A DNA stretch of 64,000 nt, from positions 71,985 through 135,984 of the forward strand of contig JBFMAF010000033.1 in assembly GCA_040755995.1 (NCBI GenBank), given 5' to 3'. The notes under the pieces are model-generated. The model was not told the DNA's origin. It searched no databases and saw nothing but the letters and a program-made list of their open reading frames with translations. Made by a program: the position numbers and the translations under genes. Shown here piece after piece: positions 1 to 9,504 of the stretch. The first letter of the stretch is position 1. Every line of letters starts with the position of its first letter. This DNA is from Acidobacteriota bacterium. Its GTDB lineage: Bacteria > Acidobacteriota > CAIWXX01.

Positions 1-171
1 CTCTCGCAGAGGCTGGATTCAAGAGTGAAGCGGCCACCCGGCCACCACGGCATCAGATCTCTGACAGCGACGCCATCCATATCCTATTCTCACCTGGGAG
101 CATTGTGGGCCGTCAACTGCGCCGTCCGATCGACGCCGAGCGAGGCAATTCATTTATTCGTTGCGAAGTAC

Positions 172-200
172 TTGACTGCGATCGCGGAATGTGGTTTTAT
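172..200 (+). promoter_or_regulatory. Putative sigma70 promoter of the vapBC operon (probably leaderless)
   Basis: TTGACT (172-177), 17 bp spacer, TTTTAT (195-200) with TG at the extended -10 position; ATG at 207; tandem TATGC repeats overlap the -10/start region. Confidence 0.5.
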
Positions 201-206
201 GCATTT

Positions 207-485
207 ATGCGCACATCAATTGAAATGCCAGACGACCTCCTGCGGGAGGCCAAGGCCCGCGCTGCTCGCGCAGGCGAATCGCTCAAGACCCTGTTCAGGA
301 GAGCAGTCGCAGCGGAGCTCGGCCGGACATCGGGCAGGCACGGTGGGGGAGCAGACGCGGGCGGCCTCCCCGTATTCGGCAATCCCAGGGGCCGGCGGGT
401 GCGTCTCTCGAATAGGGACCTGGAGCGGATTTTGGCAGAGCAGGACGCCGCAGCCGCGCGAGGCAATTCCGGCCAGACGCGATGA
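207..485 (+). CDS. vapB: Ribbon-helix-helix antitoxin (VapB/CopG-like)
   Basis: MRTSIEMPDDLLREAKARAA... is a typical RHH antitoxin N-terminus; stop overlaps the PIN gene start (ATGA). Start moved from the ORF-track 105 to the ATG at 207. Confidence 0.8.
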   Translation: MRTSIEMPDDLLREAKARAARAGESLKTLFRRAVAAELGRTSGRHGGGADAGGLPVFGNPRGRRVRLSNRDLERILAEQDAAAARGNSGQTR

Positions 486-904
486 AGCTGCCCGACGTGA
501 ATGTCTGGCTGGCCGGCGTCTGGGCCAGGCACGCACTCCACGCCATTGCCAGGGCGTGGTTGACGAATGAACGGGACGAAATCGCGTTCTGCCGAGTGAC
601 CCAGATGGCCCTGCTGCGACTTGTGTCGAACCCGGCCGTGACGGGAGACGACTCTCTCACCCGCCGACAGGCCTGGGAGCTGATCGATCGGCTGATGGCG
701 GACCGGCGAATCCCTTTTCTAGCTGAACCTGAGCGACTCGTACCACTATGGGTGGCCTTCTCCAAGCGCGACGACCGCAGCCATCTGCTCTGGACAGACG
801 ACTACCTCGCCGCTTTCGCTTCCGCCGCCGGGGCAGAGCTGGTGACGCTCGACCGGGCATTTCCCAAACGCTATCCATCCGTGCAGGTGAGATGCCTGGT
901 TTGA
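482..904 (+). CDS. vapC: PIN-domain ribonuclease toxin (VapC)
   Basis: LPDVNVWLA, WTDDYLAAFA and LVTLDRAF acidic PIN motifs; 140 aa; coupled to the antitoxin. Confidence 0.88.
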   Translation: MKLPDVNVWLAGVWARHALHAIARAWLTNERDEIAFCRVTQMALLRLVSNPAVTGDDSLTRRQAWELIDRLMADRRIPFLAEPERLVPLWVAFSKRDDRSHLLWTDDYLAAFASAAGAELVTLDRAFPKRYPSVQVRCLV

Positions 905-943
905 GAGGCCTGGCTCTCGCCATTCTACCGTGCCTGTCCGGGT

Positions 944-1558
944 GTGGAGGTCGGTCTGGGTACCAACTTCGAGATGGGGACATCGTCTTCCATACGGTCG
1001 GTGCCATTGGGGGCGGTTCGTGAAGCCGTGACCAACGCCGTCGTTCACGCCGATTATGCCCAGCGCGGTGCACCGACACGCCTTTCAATATTCGACGATC
1101 GCATCGAAATCGAGAATCCCGGGCTACTGCCCTTTGGCCTCACGGTGCCGGATATCCGCCGCGGTATCTCCAAGCTCCGCAACAGGGTCCTCGGGCGTGT
1201 CTTCAAGGAGCTCGGGTTGATCGAGCAGTGGGGAAGCGGGATCGGACGGATGACGAGGTTTTGCCGGGATGCCGGTCTGCCCGAACCGCAGTTCGAGGAG
1301 ATCGGCTTCCACTTTCGGACAACCATCATCAAGCGCCGGATCGGGGCTCTTCGAGTCGACCCCGTGGAGCAGCGAATTCTGGAGCTCCTCGCGGATGGCG
1401 CCGGCAGGACGACTTCGGAGATCAGCAAGATGGTGGGACGCAGCGCCCGTGCGACCCGTACGCGCTTGGCCGCACTCGTGTCGCGCGGGATCATCGTCGA
1501 GCTCGGGAGCGGACCTCGGGACCCGCGGCGCACCTACCACCTCATGAGGCAGCCGTAG
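944..1558 (+). pseudogene. C-terminal part of an AlbA_2/Schlafen-HATPase-HTH 'ATP-binding protein'; N-terminal domain missing
   Basis: AVREAVTNAVVHADY, RIEIENPGLL and LGLIEQWGSGIGRM motifs plus a C-terminal winged helix; similarity starts abruptly near residue 20. Confidence 0.65.
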
Positions 1559-1663
1559 GAGCCTGGATAATCGTACCCGTGCGATGCAGGATCGTCGTGT
1601 CCGCGCCGCATCACACCACGTGGCCCCGGTTCGTTGTGGCCAGCCGCTCCGGCATCCAGGCGC

Positions 1664-2125
1664 TCAGGCGACATCGATCAGCGAGGCCGCGATCCGTGCG
1701 GCCTCCTGCGTGATCTCCCGGCACTTCGTTTCACAGTCGTGTTCCATGAAGAACCGCTGTCCCTCGGAGGTGTTCAAGTCGCAGCCGATCAGCTCGCGAC
1801 AGTTGGTCGTGCCAAAGCGCTCGCGGAAACGAGCCAGCAGCAGCTGGACCTTCGCATAGATCGGCTCGAGATCGCCGTCGGGAGTTGAACGCCCGTACCT
1901 GAGCCCGAGCGCCAGGATGGCCCCGCTGAGCGCTCCGCACATGCCGCACGTCCGCGAGACGCCGCTGCAGAAGCCGCTCGCCATACGCGGGATCAGCTCG
2001 CTCTTGATCCCCATCTGCTCGGAGATCGCGAGGAGCACGCTCTCTGCGCAGTAGAACCCGGACCTGAACAGATCACCCGCCCTGCCCGATGCGGAGCATC
2101 CGCCACGAAGCTCGTCCTCAGACAT
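1664..2125 (-). CDS. C-GCAxxG-C-C family putative redox protein
   Basis: GFYCAESV, CGMCGALSG, FGTTNCRELIG and a terminal Cys; start overlaps the stop of the metH fragment. Confidence 0.85.
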   Translation of the reverse strand: MSEDELRGGCSASGRAGDLFRSGFYCAESVLLAISEQMGIKSELIPRMASGFCSGVSRTCGMCGALSGAILALGLRYGRSTPDGDLEPIYAKVQLLLARFRERFGTTNCRELIGCDLNTSEGQRFFMEHDCETKCREITQEAARIAASLIDVA

Positions 2126-3251
2126 CTGCTCCCTCCTTCACGTTGAAGTACCTTGCCTGTGGGTGGTGAAAGACCAGTGCGCTGACGCTTGCCTCCGGGT
2201 CCATCGTGAAGCCTTCGGTGACGCGCACGCCGATGTCTTCGGGCTTCAGCAGCATCCACAGAGTGTCCTCGTCCGAGAGATTCGGGCATGCAGGATAGCC
2301 GAAGCTCACGCGAAGCCCGGTGTAGCTCGCCTGGAACAGCTCCCGCTGCGTGATGTCCGGCTTGTCGGCGATGCCCCACTCGGAGCGAAGTTGCTGGTGG
2401 AGCTTTTCGGCAAATGCCTCGGTCGTCTCCAGCGCCAGTGACTGGAGCGCGTGCGAAAGCACGTACTCGCCGCGCTCCTTGAGCTGCAAAGCCAGCGGCC
2501 GGATCCCCAGACCGCAGCTCACGACGAACATCGCTACGCTGTCGCGGCCGGCCGCCGCGGGCCCGACGTAGTCGGAGATGCAGAGCCCGTCTGGCTCGGC
2601 CTGCCGTGGGAACGTGAACCGCGTGAGCTCCTGATCGGCTTCGTCATATAGGATCAGATCGTTGCCTTCGGAATTCGCAAAGAAGAACTGGACAACACCG
2701 CGGGCCTTCATCCATCCCTGCTCGGCGCGGCTCTTGACATCGCGCACCACGGCATCCAGCTCGCGGTACTTCGCGTCGCCGCTTTCGGCCAGGCGTTCGA
2801 CGCTCCCACGGAGCCCGAGGTGCTTGCCGTAGAGCATCTGATGATTCAGATAGGGCCAGAGCTCGGTGACATCCGCTTTGATGATGCGCCGGGCAAGGGT
2901 CGGGGGGCGCCGCGGTGGCACCTCCGCTATCTTCCGCGAGCGAGCTGCGCCGACTGCGATCGAAGGCGCTGCAGTCGCCCGCGACGCCTGCTCCAGGGAC
3001 GTGGTCTCGGCGGCAATCGACCGCTCCATCCCCGCGCGCTGATCCGGATCGATCAGCCGATTGGCGATGTCCAGACCGCTCATCGCATCCTTGGCATAGA
3101 CCACGGTCGAACCGTACGCGGGGCGGATGCGCGCGTACGTGAACTTCTTGGTAAGCGCGGCGCCGCCGACGACAACCGGTGTCGTGATCCCGGCTGCGCG
3201 AAGATCCTCAACGGTCGTCACCATCTGCTGCGCGGACTTCACTAGAAGCCC
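2118..3251 (-). pseudogene. metH: 5'-truncated second copy of metH (end of B12-binding domain plus AdoMet reactivation domain)
   Basis: Open 374-codon frame, about 89% amino-acid identical (hand count) to the C-terminus of MetH at 18422-21862; homology starts abruptly at GLLVKSAQQM (3251 matches 19555). Confidence 0.85.
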
Positions 3252-3359
3252 CTAAAGGCACCGTTCAACCCGACGGAGATCATGCCCGAATGCTCGACGG
3301 AAGCGTAGAACGCGTAGGTATTCTGCCAGACCGGCATGGTTCCTGTTGGTGATGAGGGC

Positions 3360-3419
3360 CAGCGCGCCGACGCTCGTTTCGGGATCCATCATGAATCCTT
3401 CGATCAGGCTGAGGCCCAT
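3360..3419 (-). repeat. Third, short copy of the metH 3' end (att-like direct repeat)
   Basis: Translates MGLSLIEGFMMDPETSVGAL versus MetH IGVRLTEGFMMDPEASVSAL; 21 bp at 3378-3398 are identical to 18497-18517. Confidence 0.8.
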
Positions 3420-3420
3420 C

Positions 3421-4722
3421 TCATGAGAGCAGGTCGACCGTCGTGAGGATGGCATTGATCAGGTGTCGCCGAATGCTCAGGAACTCTTCACCCAGGACCA
3501 GCATCTGCTCGATCCGATGCGCGCCGAAGTTCCTCAATGTTGACGCGACAAGCATCGATTCCTCGGCGGGACTTGGCCCCGCGCCCGATGAGTAGGCGTA
3601 CTTGTGCGAGAGCAGCAGACGAAGCATGCCGTCGAAATCTGCCTGGCATTTCTTCTTCAGCACTTCGATCTCGTCATGTGTCAACTGCTTCCAACCAACC
3701 CGCGCTTCGCTGGCCAGAAGAGGCAGGAGACCCCCCAGCATGTTCGTGCGCCCGAGTTCCTCCTGGAGCAGACACTCAAGCACGCGGCAGATCTGGAAGT
3801 AGAGGTCTGAGAGGTAGATGGACCTGAACACGGTCTCGAGTCCGGCCGGGCGATCATCCTCGAAGGCTTTCAGTCGATATAGCGCAAACACGAAGGCAAA
3901 CGCCTCGTCCACCATCTGTGGCTGCGCAAGGAATCTGGCTCTGAAATCTGCGAGCGTGAATGCGCGACCTGTAGCCTTGTTGTACTCCTCGATCCTGGAC
4001 CTGAGGTACTCTGCCACCTCATCGACCTTTCCCTTGAAGAACTGGTCCTGCGCCTCTGAGTTGAGCGTGACGAAGAGGTACGCCGGCAGTTTGAGGTAGT
4101 CACCTTCCTTGGAAGCGTCTTGTGTGGCCCTGGCAATCGTCTCGCAGGTCACCCGGTCCTCTTCGACCGCCTGATGCATCAGCAGAAACCCCCTGTCGAG
4201 ATTCCCGTTCAGAATAGCCGTGACGCCCGCGAAATAGTACGGGGTTCCCTTGTGGAGCCGCCTTCCCGCGTGCATGCTCTCCCAGGCAAGAGCATGCCGG
4301 ATGACAGCTGTCCACCACTTCTCCGCCTCTCCAGGCATGGCACAAGCCATGAATATCTGCCACAATGCAGTTGCGTGCCAGAAGGTTTCATCGTGCCCCT
4401 CCATCCCGTCTGCGGGCAGCTGGTCCCATGCTTGCGTGAGGTCACCGAGAACCGACTGCATGCGCTGTCTCGACTGGCTGAGCACACTTGCGCAGATGTC
4501 GACGGAATGGGTTGCCGGAGTCGAATGATCCTGTAGCCCCGTTTGTGAATTCCCGGGGATCACCTCGGATTGATGCCACTCCCATTCGCCGCAGTCAATT
4601 CGGAAAACCGATGCCGAACTGGTCGAGCACACATTTGTGAAGAGCCCGAGACCAGACTCCGCCTCTGGTTTGACACCAGAAGCCGCAACTGGGAGCTCAG
4701 GCAAATCCTCTTTCTTAGTCAT
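3421..4722 (-). CDS. Hypothetical helical protein with C-terminal RxxxxH (HEPN-like) motif
   Basis: Strong RBS (GAGGAGG); TPR-like segment LHKGTPYYFAGVTAILNGNLDRGFLLM; RVLECLL followed by LRNFGAH near the C-terminus. Confidence 0.6.
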   Translation of the reverse strand: MTKKEDLPELPVAASGVKPEAESGLGLFTNVCSTSSASVFRIDCGEWEWHQSEVIPGNSQTGLQDHSTPATHSVDICASVLSQSRQRMQSVLGDLTQAWDQLPADGMEGHDETFWHATALWQIFMACAMPGEAEKWWTAVIRHALAWESMHAGRRLHKGTPYYFAGVTAILNGNLDRGFLLMHQAVEEDRVTCETIARATQDASKEGDYLKLPAYLFVTLNSEAQDQFFKGKVDEVAEYLRSRIEEYNKATGRAFTLADFRARFLAQPQMVDEAFAFVFALYRLKAFEDDRPAGLETVFRSIYLSDLYFQICRVLECLLQEELGRTNMLGGLLPLLASEARVGWKQLTHDEIEVLKKKCQADFDGMLRLLLSHKYAYSSGAGPSPAEESMLVASTLRNFGAHRIEQMLVLGEEFLSIRRHLINAILTTVDLLS

Positions 4723-4794
4723 CTGAGCACCTCCTCAATCGTGACGGCCCTCCCTCCTTGGTGCCGAGGGTACCGGGCCGTGCGATCCTTAGAC

Positions 4795-6849
4795 CTAGGT
4801 CTGCACCGCCTTGAAGAAAGCATCTGGGGCGTCGGCGTAGAACTCGATGCTGATCCGGGTGGCCATGTCATCGGACAGGTTGAAGAGTTGTTTGCGGGCG
4901 GAGATGGGCATCAGCAGCGCCGTTGCGCCCTTCTCGACGGCAAGCTCGGCGATGGCCACCGGATTGGGGATCAGTTCGACTGAGCCCCCAAGGTTCAACG
5001 CACCAACCACGATAAGCCCGCCTTTGAGGCTACGCTCGAGGAGTGCCCCGCAGAGAGCGAATAGAACTCCCAGACCCAGTCCAGCCCCTGAACGATCCGC
5101 ATCGATAGCTCTCAGTTGGACCGAGAACTCGTGTGACCTCGGATCGCGCTCGCCGACGAGCTCCTTCGCACGCATGTATAGATTCTGTTCACCATAGCGA
5201 ACACTTTCCCTGAATGCGGGGGGCACGGGCGCGTTGAGAATCCTGACGCCGCTGCCAGGTCCGACCGCTGCCTCTATTCGATACAGGCCCTGAGTTGCAC
5301 CTTCGCCGCCCGGACTGATCGTCCAGATCTGACCCGGCGGGAGGGGGTCAGTTTCGATACGGTCTTCGCTATGCAGCTCCGGGGTCGAAACGAACTGCTC
5401 GACGCCTTCAACTCCCATGAAGTAGCTCAGGTGCGTGTTGCGGAACTCGGTCTTGAGGATACGCTTCTGCTGTTCCTTGATGCGCCTCCGGGATTCCAAA
5501 GCTACCCTGACGATTGCGTCCAGCTCATCATCGGGGATCGGCAGAGAAGGATCCGGAAAGAGCAGCTTCAAGAGCCCATTTATGGTCTTGGTCACCGCCT
5601 CGATGTCACGGCCGCTGAGCGCACCACCCCAATTCACGCGACCCTGGAGCGCCGACATGCGTGTCTGCTCGCGCAGTCTCGCCCAGCATTCCGACAGGAA
5701 GTCGCTGACCAGTCCGAAGTGGCAGGTGAGGTGTTCGTGTGGGTTGAGCTTCGGGAACTCCCAGCCCGGCACGTAGCCGTGGAGGCGGTCCATGAATGCC
5801 GTGTCGTACCTCATCTCGGGGGGCAGCGGTGCCAGAAGGTGGCCGATCCGTTGCTGCTGTTCCACATCGACATCGAGGTTGCCCACTATCACGATGCTGC
5901 CGGATGCCCGGATACTCTCCTTGCCACGCGAGAATTCACCGGAGGCCATGTAGCCCTTCATGATGTTCACGCCGTCTTTCTGGTCAAACGAGATCCCCGA
6001 CACCTCGTCGAAGCAGACCACGTCGTAGTGGCAGACGAGGCCGCGCTGACCCGTCGCGTTGTTCACGAACATCTTGGCCACTGTAGCCTTTCCGCCGGAA
6101 ATCAGATGCGAGTTGGGAGATACCTGCTGGAAGAGATGGCTCTTGCCGGTGCCCCTCGGGCCAAGCTCCACCATGTTGTAGTTCCGCTCGACAAACGGCA
6201 CCATGCGGAGCAATGTCACTAGTCTTGCCCGCTCGGAGAGCACCGCGGGTTCGAGCCCGATCGAGCGGATGAGAAGCTGTTTCCACTCCTCAGTCGTGAA
6301 CTGCGCTCTGCCCCTGGCGAGGACGTTCAACACATCCGGCTTTGACAGCTGGATCGCGCGCAGGCTGTCGATCGCGAATGGCCGTCCGCTCTGTTCCTGC
6401 GCGATCGCCGCGTCGTACGAGAGCGCTACCTCGGCGTAGAAGCCGTCCGTGAGCATCCGTTCGTGCTCTCGGACGAGCCTGTCTTCGATCCGCACATCGC
6501 GGAGCTGTAGGCTGGGCAGCTCGACCAGAAAGCAGTCGTTGCGGGAGTCAAGGCGAGCCTTCACGATGTCTATCAGCTTCACCGAGCCTCTCTCGCGCGC
6601 CCGTGCCTTGAACAACTCCTCCTGGCCTGTTCGCACGGTCCGATCCGTGAGCTGCCGCTCAACCACTTCCAGACCCTCCGCGATCTCCTGCTCATTCACT
6701 GTTGCGCAATATCGTCCGAGCAGGAACTCGACCACGTAGGTGGGCACGGGAAACTGCCGGCTGTAACGCCGGACCAGATCCTTGCGCACCAGGTATCCCT
6801 CGAACGCAGATGCTGCAAGCCTGTCCAGTCCGTCAAGTTCCATTATCAT
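4795..6849 (-). CDS. brxL: BREX Lon-like AAA+ protein BrxL
   Basis: VPTYVVEFLLGRYC N-terminus, Walker A GPRGTGKS, Walker B VCFDE, AFMDRLHGYVPGWE, C-terminal Lon-like domain; last gene of the BREX operon. Confidence 0.92.
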   Translation of the reverse strand: MIMELDGLDRLAASAFEGYLVRKDLVRRYSRQFPVPTYVVEFLLGRYCATVNEQEIAEGLEVVERQLTDRTVRTGQEELFKARARERGSVKLIDIVKARLDSRNDCFLVELPSLQLRDVRIEDRLVREHERMLTDGFYAEVALSYDAAIAQEQSGRPFAIDSLRAIQLSKPDVLNVLARGRAQFTTEEWKQLLIRSIGLEPAVLSERARLVTLLRMVPFVERNYNMVELGPRGTGKSHLFQQVSPNSHLISGGKATVAKMFVNNATGQRGLVCHYDVVCFDEVSGISFDQKDGVNIMKGYMASGEFSRGKESIRASGSIVIVGNLDVDVEQQQRIGHLLAPLPPEMRYDTAFMDRLHGYVPGWEFPKLNPHEHLTCHFGLVSDFLSECWARLREQTRMSALQGRVNWGGALSGRDIEAVTKTINGLLKLLFPDPSLPIPDDELDAIVRVALESRRRIKEQQKRILKTEFRNTHLSYFMGVEGVEQFVSTPELHSEDRIETDPLPPGQIWTISPGGEGATQGLYRIEAAVGPGSGVRILNAPVPPAFRESVRYGEQNLYMRAKELVGERDPRSHEFSVQLRAIDADRSGAGLGLGVLFALCGALLERSLKGGLIVVGALNLGGSVELIPNPVAIAELAVEKGATALLMPISARKQLFNLSDDMATRISIEFYADAPDAFFKAVQT

Positions 6850-9188
6850 TCCTCGCCGCCGACCGTCGTGGCTTTCTTCGCCACGACGCGGCCCGAATCG
6901 TCCAGTAGCACGACGCTCGCCGCTGTGCCGATGAGCGCGTCATCTTCGACGAGCAGTGCGGCCTTCCCCTGTTGATCTGTCTGTTTGCGCGAAGCGATAC
7001 TCGAGCCCGGGTCTCCGATTCTGGTCCTGATGTCGACCACCAATGCGGCGTGCGGAGGCTCGATCGCTACGCGGCACCTCATGGCTACCCACTCTACATC
7101 CACGATGCTGGGCGTTGGGCCTGCTCCGGTCTCGCCAGAACTGAACGCGAGATCCGGTACCAGGCATTCCTGGAGGCTGATCCCGCCGTGAGCGTACTCG
7201 TGGCCGCTTCCGAAACAGTGGACTCCCGTCCCGTAGGCAAAGACCTCGCTCGGGTTCCAGTACCAGGAAGAGGTTGGCACTGACACGTGTGCGGTCACCT
7301 TGAGTGTCGCGCAGCGAGACCAGCGGCTCTCAGTGAGGTACTTCGGGAGGCTCATCGCCGGCAGCCCGCCAGGGACGAGCAGCCAGCCGTGGTCTGTCAC
7401 CACACGAACTCGTTTCCAGCCAGCCGAAAGCAGCGACTCCACGCGATCCACCAGGGACACCAGAAGATCCTCGATCCCCGCCGCCACTCCGGCCTGCAAG
7501 TCATGACCGCGCCTGTCGAAGTCTCCGATCTCAGTCCAGCCGCGAGCATCATCCTCCTGCGGCCGACCGACCTCCATCGGCGCCAGGACTTGATATCCCG
7601 CCAGTGCGATCGCCTTGCGAAGTCGTTCCGACGTGAGGCGTTGACCTGCGTGCTCCAGCTCGGGCGCGAAGTCAGCTCCCAGCTCATGCCCGACGATCTG
7701 CGTAGCGATCGGCGAGACGGCAGGTTTCGTGGTCGCCGTCACAGTCGGCACCGGGCACAAGCGCCTTCCCACGACAACTCGCAGCTTGCGCTCGTGCGCC
7801 AGACCCACTAGCCGCTGCGCCACGTCGTATCTCAAAGCATCCACAAAGAGCAGACACGTGCCCGGTTCGCAGCTCGCGACCGACTGAGTATCATCGCGTC
7901 TTGTGGGTAGGGGGTTGCCAGCAACGAGTCTCTGGAAGTGCTCGGCCGAGTCCTGCATCCATGGCAGGTAGACGGACCTCGCTGCGACGGAGAGCGCATC
8001 GAGATCCTCCCGAGACTTCACTTCCGCCAATGCCCGCAGCAGAGCATCGTCGGCCAGCCATCCGGCCTGAGCGTATCGCTCCGCCATGGCTTGCACCGAA
8101 TCGCCGCCGAAGGCGCTACCGGTGTGCTTCGCGAGGGCGGCGAGGTGCGAGATCGCCTTTGCGAGGGGACTTCGCCCGAGCGCCGCCCAGACCCACTGCC
8201 TCCGCTCCGCATGCTGGCTCTCCAGCTCGCCTAGCCGCGCTCGCGCATCCACGGCGCTGGCCCCCTGAAGCTGCCGGAGTGCCTGGCGGAGGTCCTTCTC
8301 CATGTCGTCGTTCTCATCGGGCCAGGTCTCCTTCACGAACAACAGGCCGCCGGGCTTGGCCCGCCGGAGCAGCTCGGTGATGCCGGGATAGAGCTTCGGC
8401 GCTTCGACAAACCTGTCCCACACGGGCCGCCACGCATCGGCCTGCGTGCCCAGACGCTCGCCCGCCACGATTTCCCCGTCGCCCTCAGGGTCGAAACTGT
8501 ATTCGGCTCTGCAGCGTGACCGGAAGGCCGACCAGCGCGCTTGGTCCCACTGCTCGCGAACGCCAGTGGGATCGCTCATCCATTCCAGCAAGTTGCGCGG
8601 CGTGTCTTCGATCATCAGCTTATCGAAATCCTCGGCCTCCAGTCGCTTGCTCCGGAGGCGGGGAAGGGGTGTCACTGCGAGACGCGGAAGAGCACCGCGC
8701 AACGCCTGCTTTGTGTGCTCATCCCTCGCGACATCCAGTCCGAGACCGGCGTCCTCAGAGAGGAGAAATGCCTCGATGGTCCAATCGCGTCCGTTTCGCT
8801 GGCACCACACTGTCCCCCGATACTGCAGCTCGACCATCGGCTTCAGAATGTCAGGACACTCCTCTGCTGCCCGCAGTGTTTGCCGGCTGATCCCGGGCAT
8901 GTACACCACCGGGACTGTCCGTCCAGGCATGGCGACATCGGGCAAGGTTTTCTCCACGATGCACCGGATCCAGATGGCCGGCCCTCGCCGTTGATCGGGT
9001 GCGTAGTCGCCGAGCACGAGCAGCTCCGGCACCATGCTATGCAGCGGTGGAATCAGAGGCTGCCACTGTGCGTCCGCGTCTGTCCAGAGGAGGGCCGCTG
9101 GCGGGACTTCGCCTGGAGCGTGTTTGACGGCCGCACGGAGCGATGCCTGGAGCGCGTCCAGAAGAGTCTTTGGCTCGTCGGCTGCCAT
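6846..9188 (-). CDS. pglZ: BREX phosphatase PglZ (type B-like)
   Basis: LFVDALRYD, PTVTATTK, DRRGH, VVTDHGW and YAHGGISLQE alkaline-phosphatase-fold motifs. Confidence 0.93.
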   Translation of the reverse strand: MAADEPKTLLDALQASLRAAVKHAPGEVPPAALLWTDADAQWQPLIPPLHSMVPELLVLGDYAPDQRRGPAIWIRCIVEKTLPDVAMPGRTVPVVYMPGISRQTLRAAEECPDILKPMVELQYRGTVWCQRNGRDWTIEAFLLSEDAGLGLDVARDEHTKQALRGALPRLAVTPLPRLRSKRLEAEDFDKLMIEDTPRNLLEWMSDPTGVREQWDQARWSAFRSRCRAEYSFDPEGDGEIVAGERLGTQADAWRPVWDRFVEAPKLYPGITELLRRAKPGGLLFVKETWPDENDDMEKDLRQALRQLQGASAVDARARLGELESQHAERRQWVWAALGRSPLAKAISHLAALAKHTGSAFGGDSVQAMAERYAQAGWLADDALLRALAEVKSREDLDALSVAARSVYLPWMQDSAEHFQRLVAGNPLPTRRDDTQSVASCEPGTCLLFVDALRYDVAQRLVGLAHERKLRVVVGRRLCPVPTVTATTKPAVSPIATQIVGHELGADFAPELEHAGQRLTSERLRKAIALAGYQVLAPMEVGRPQEDDARGWTEIGDFDRRGHDLQAGVAAGIEDLLVSLVDRVESLLSAGWKRVRVVTDHGWLLVPGGLPAMSLPKYLTESRWSRCATLKVTAHVSVPTSSWYWNPSEVFAYGTGVHCFGSGHEYAHGGISLQECLVPDLAFSSGETGAGPTPSIVDVEWVAMRCRVAIEPPHAALVVDIRTRIGDPGSSIASRKQTDQQGKAALLVEDDALIGTAASVVLLDDSGRVVAKKATTVGGEE

Positions 9189-9192
9189 GATC

Positions 9193-9489
9193 CTATCCCG
9201 CCACCCCGGAGCTTCTTGGACCGGCCCGCCTCGTCTTCGATCCTGCTGAGTGCCTGTACAACACCTTCAGGACGCTCTGGACGTCGCCGGGCACAGCCGA
9301 CATCCGTTCAATCACCAACGCCTCGGAGAGTCGGGCGTGAATCTTCCGGTTCTGCAGCTCAGTCCGAACGCGTGCAAGGAGTTTCTTGGCATCACAAAGC
9401 TCGAAGCCGTCGCCCCACTCGGCATTCAGGATGCTCGTGGCTTCCCGCGTTGCCTTCACATAGTCACCGCGATACTTCGGGTCGTCCAA
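9193..9489 (-). CDS. Small hypothetical protein or gene remnant between pglX and pglZ
   Basis: TTG start preceded by GGGAGG; 98 aa; fills the pglX-pglZ gap. Confidence 0.45.
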   Translation of the reverse strand: MDDPKYRGDYVKATREATSILNAEWGDGFELCDAKKLLARVRTELQNRKIHARLSEALVIERMSAVPGDVQSVLKVLYRHSAGSKTRRAGPRSSGVAG

Positions 9490-9504
9490 CTGACAGCCTC
9501 CCTT

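Noticed and set aside
3252..3455. 67 aa ORF as a real gene
   Set aside because: It overlaps the stop of the upstream gene and consists of the short metH repeat plus junction sequence.
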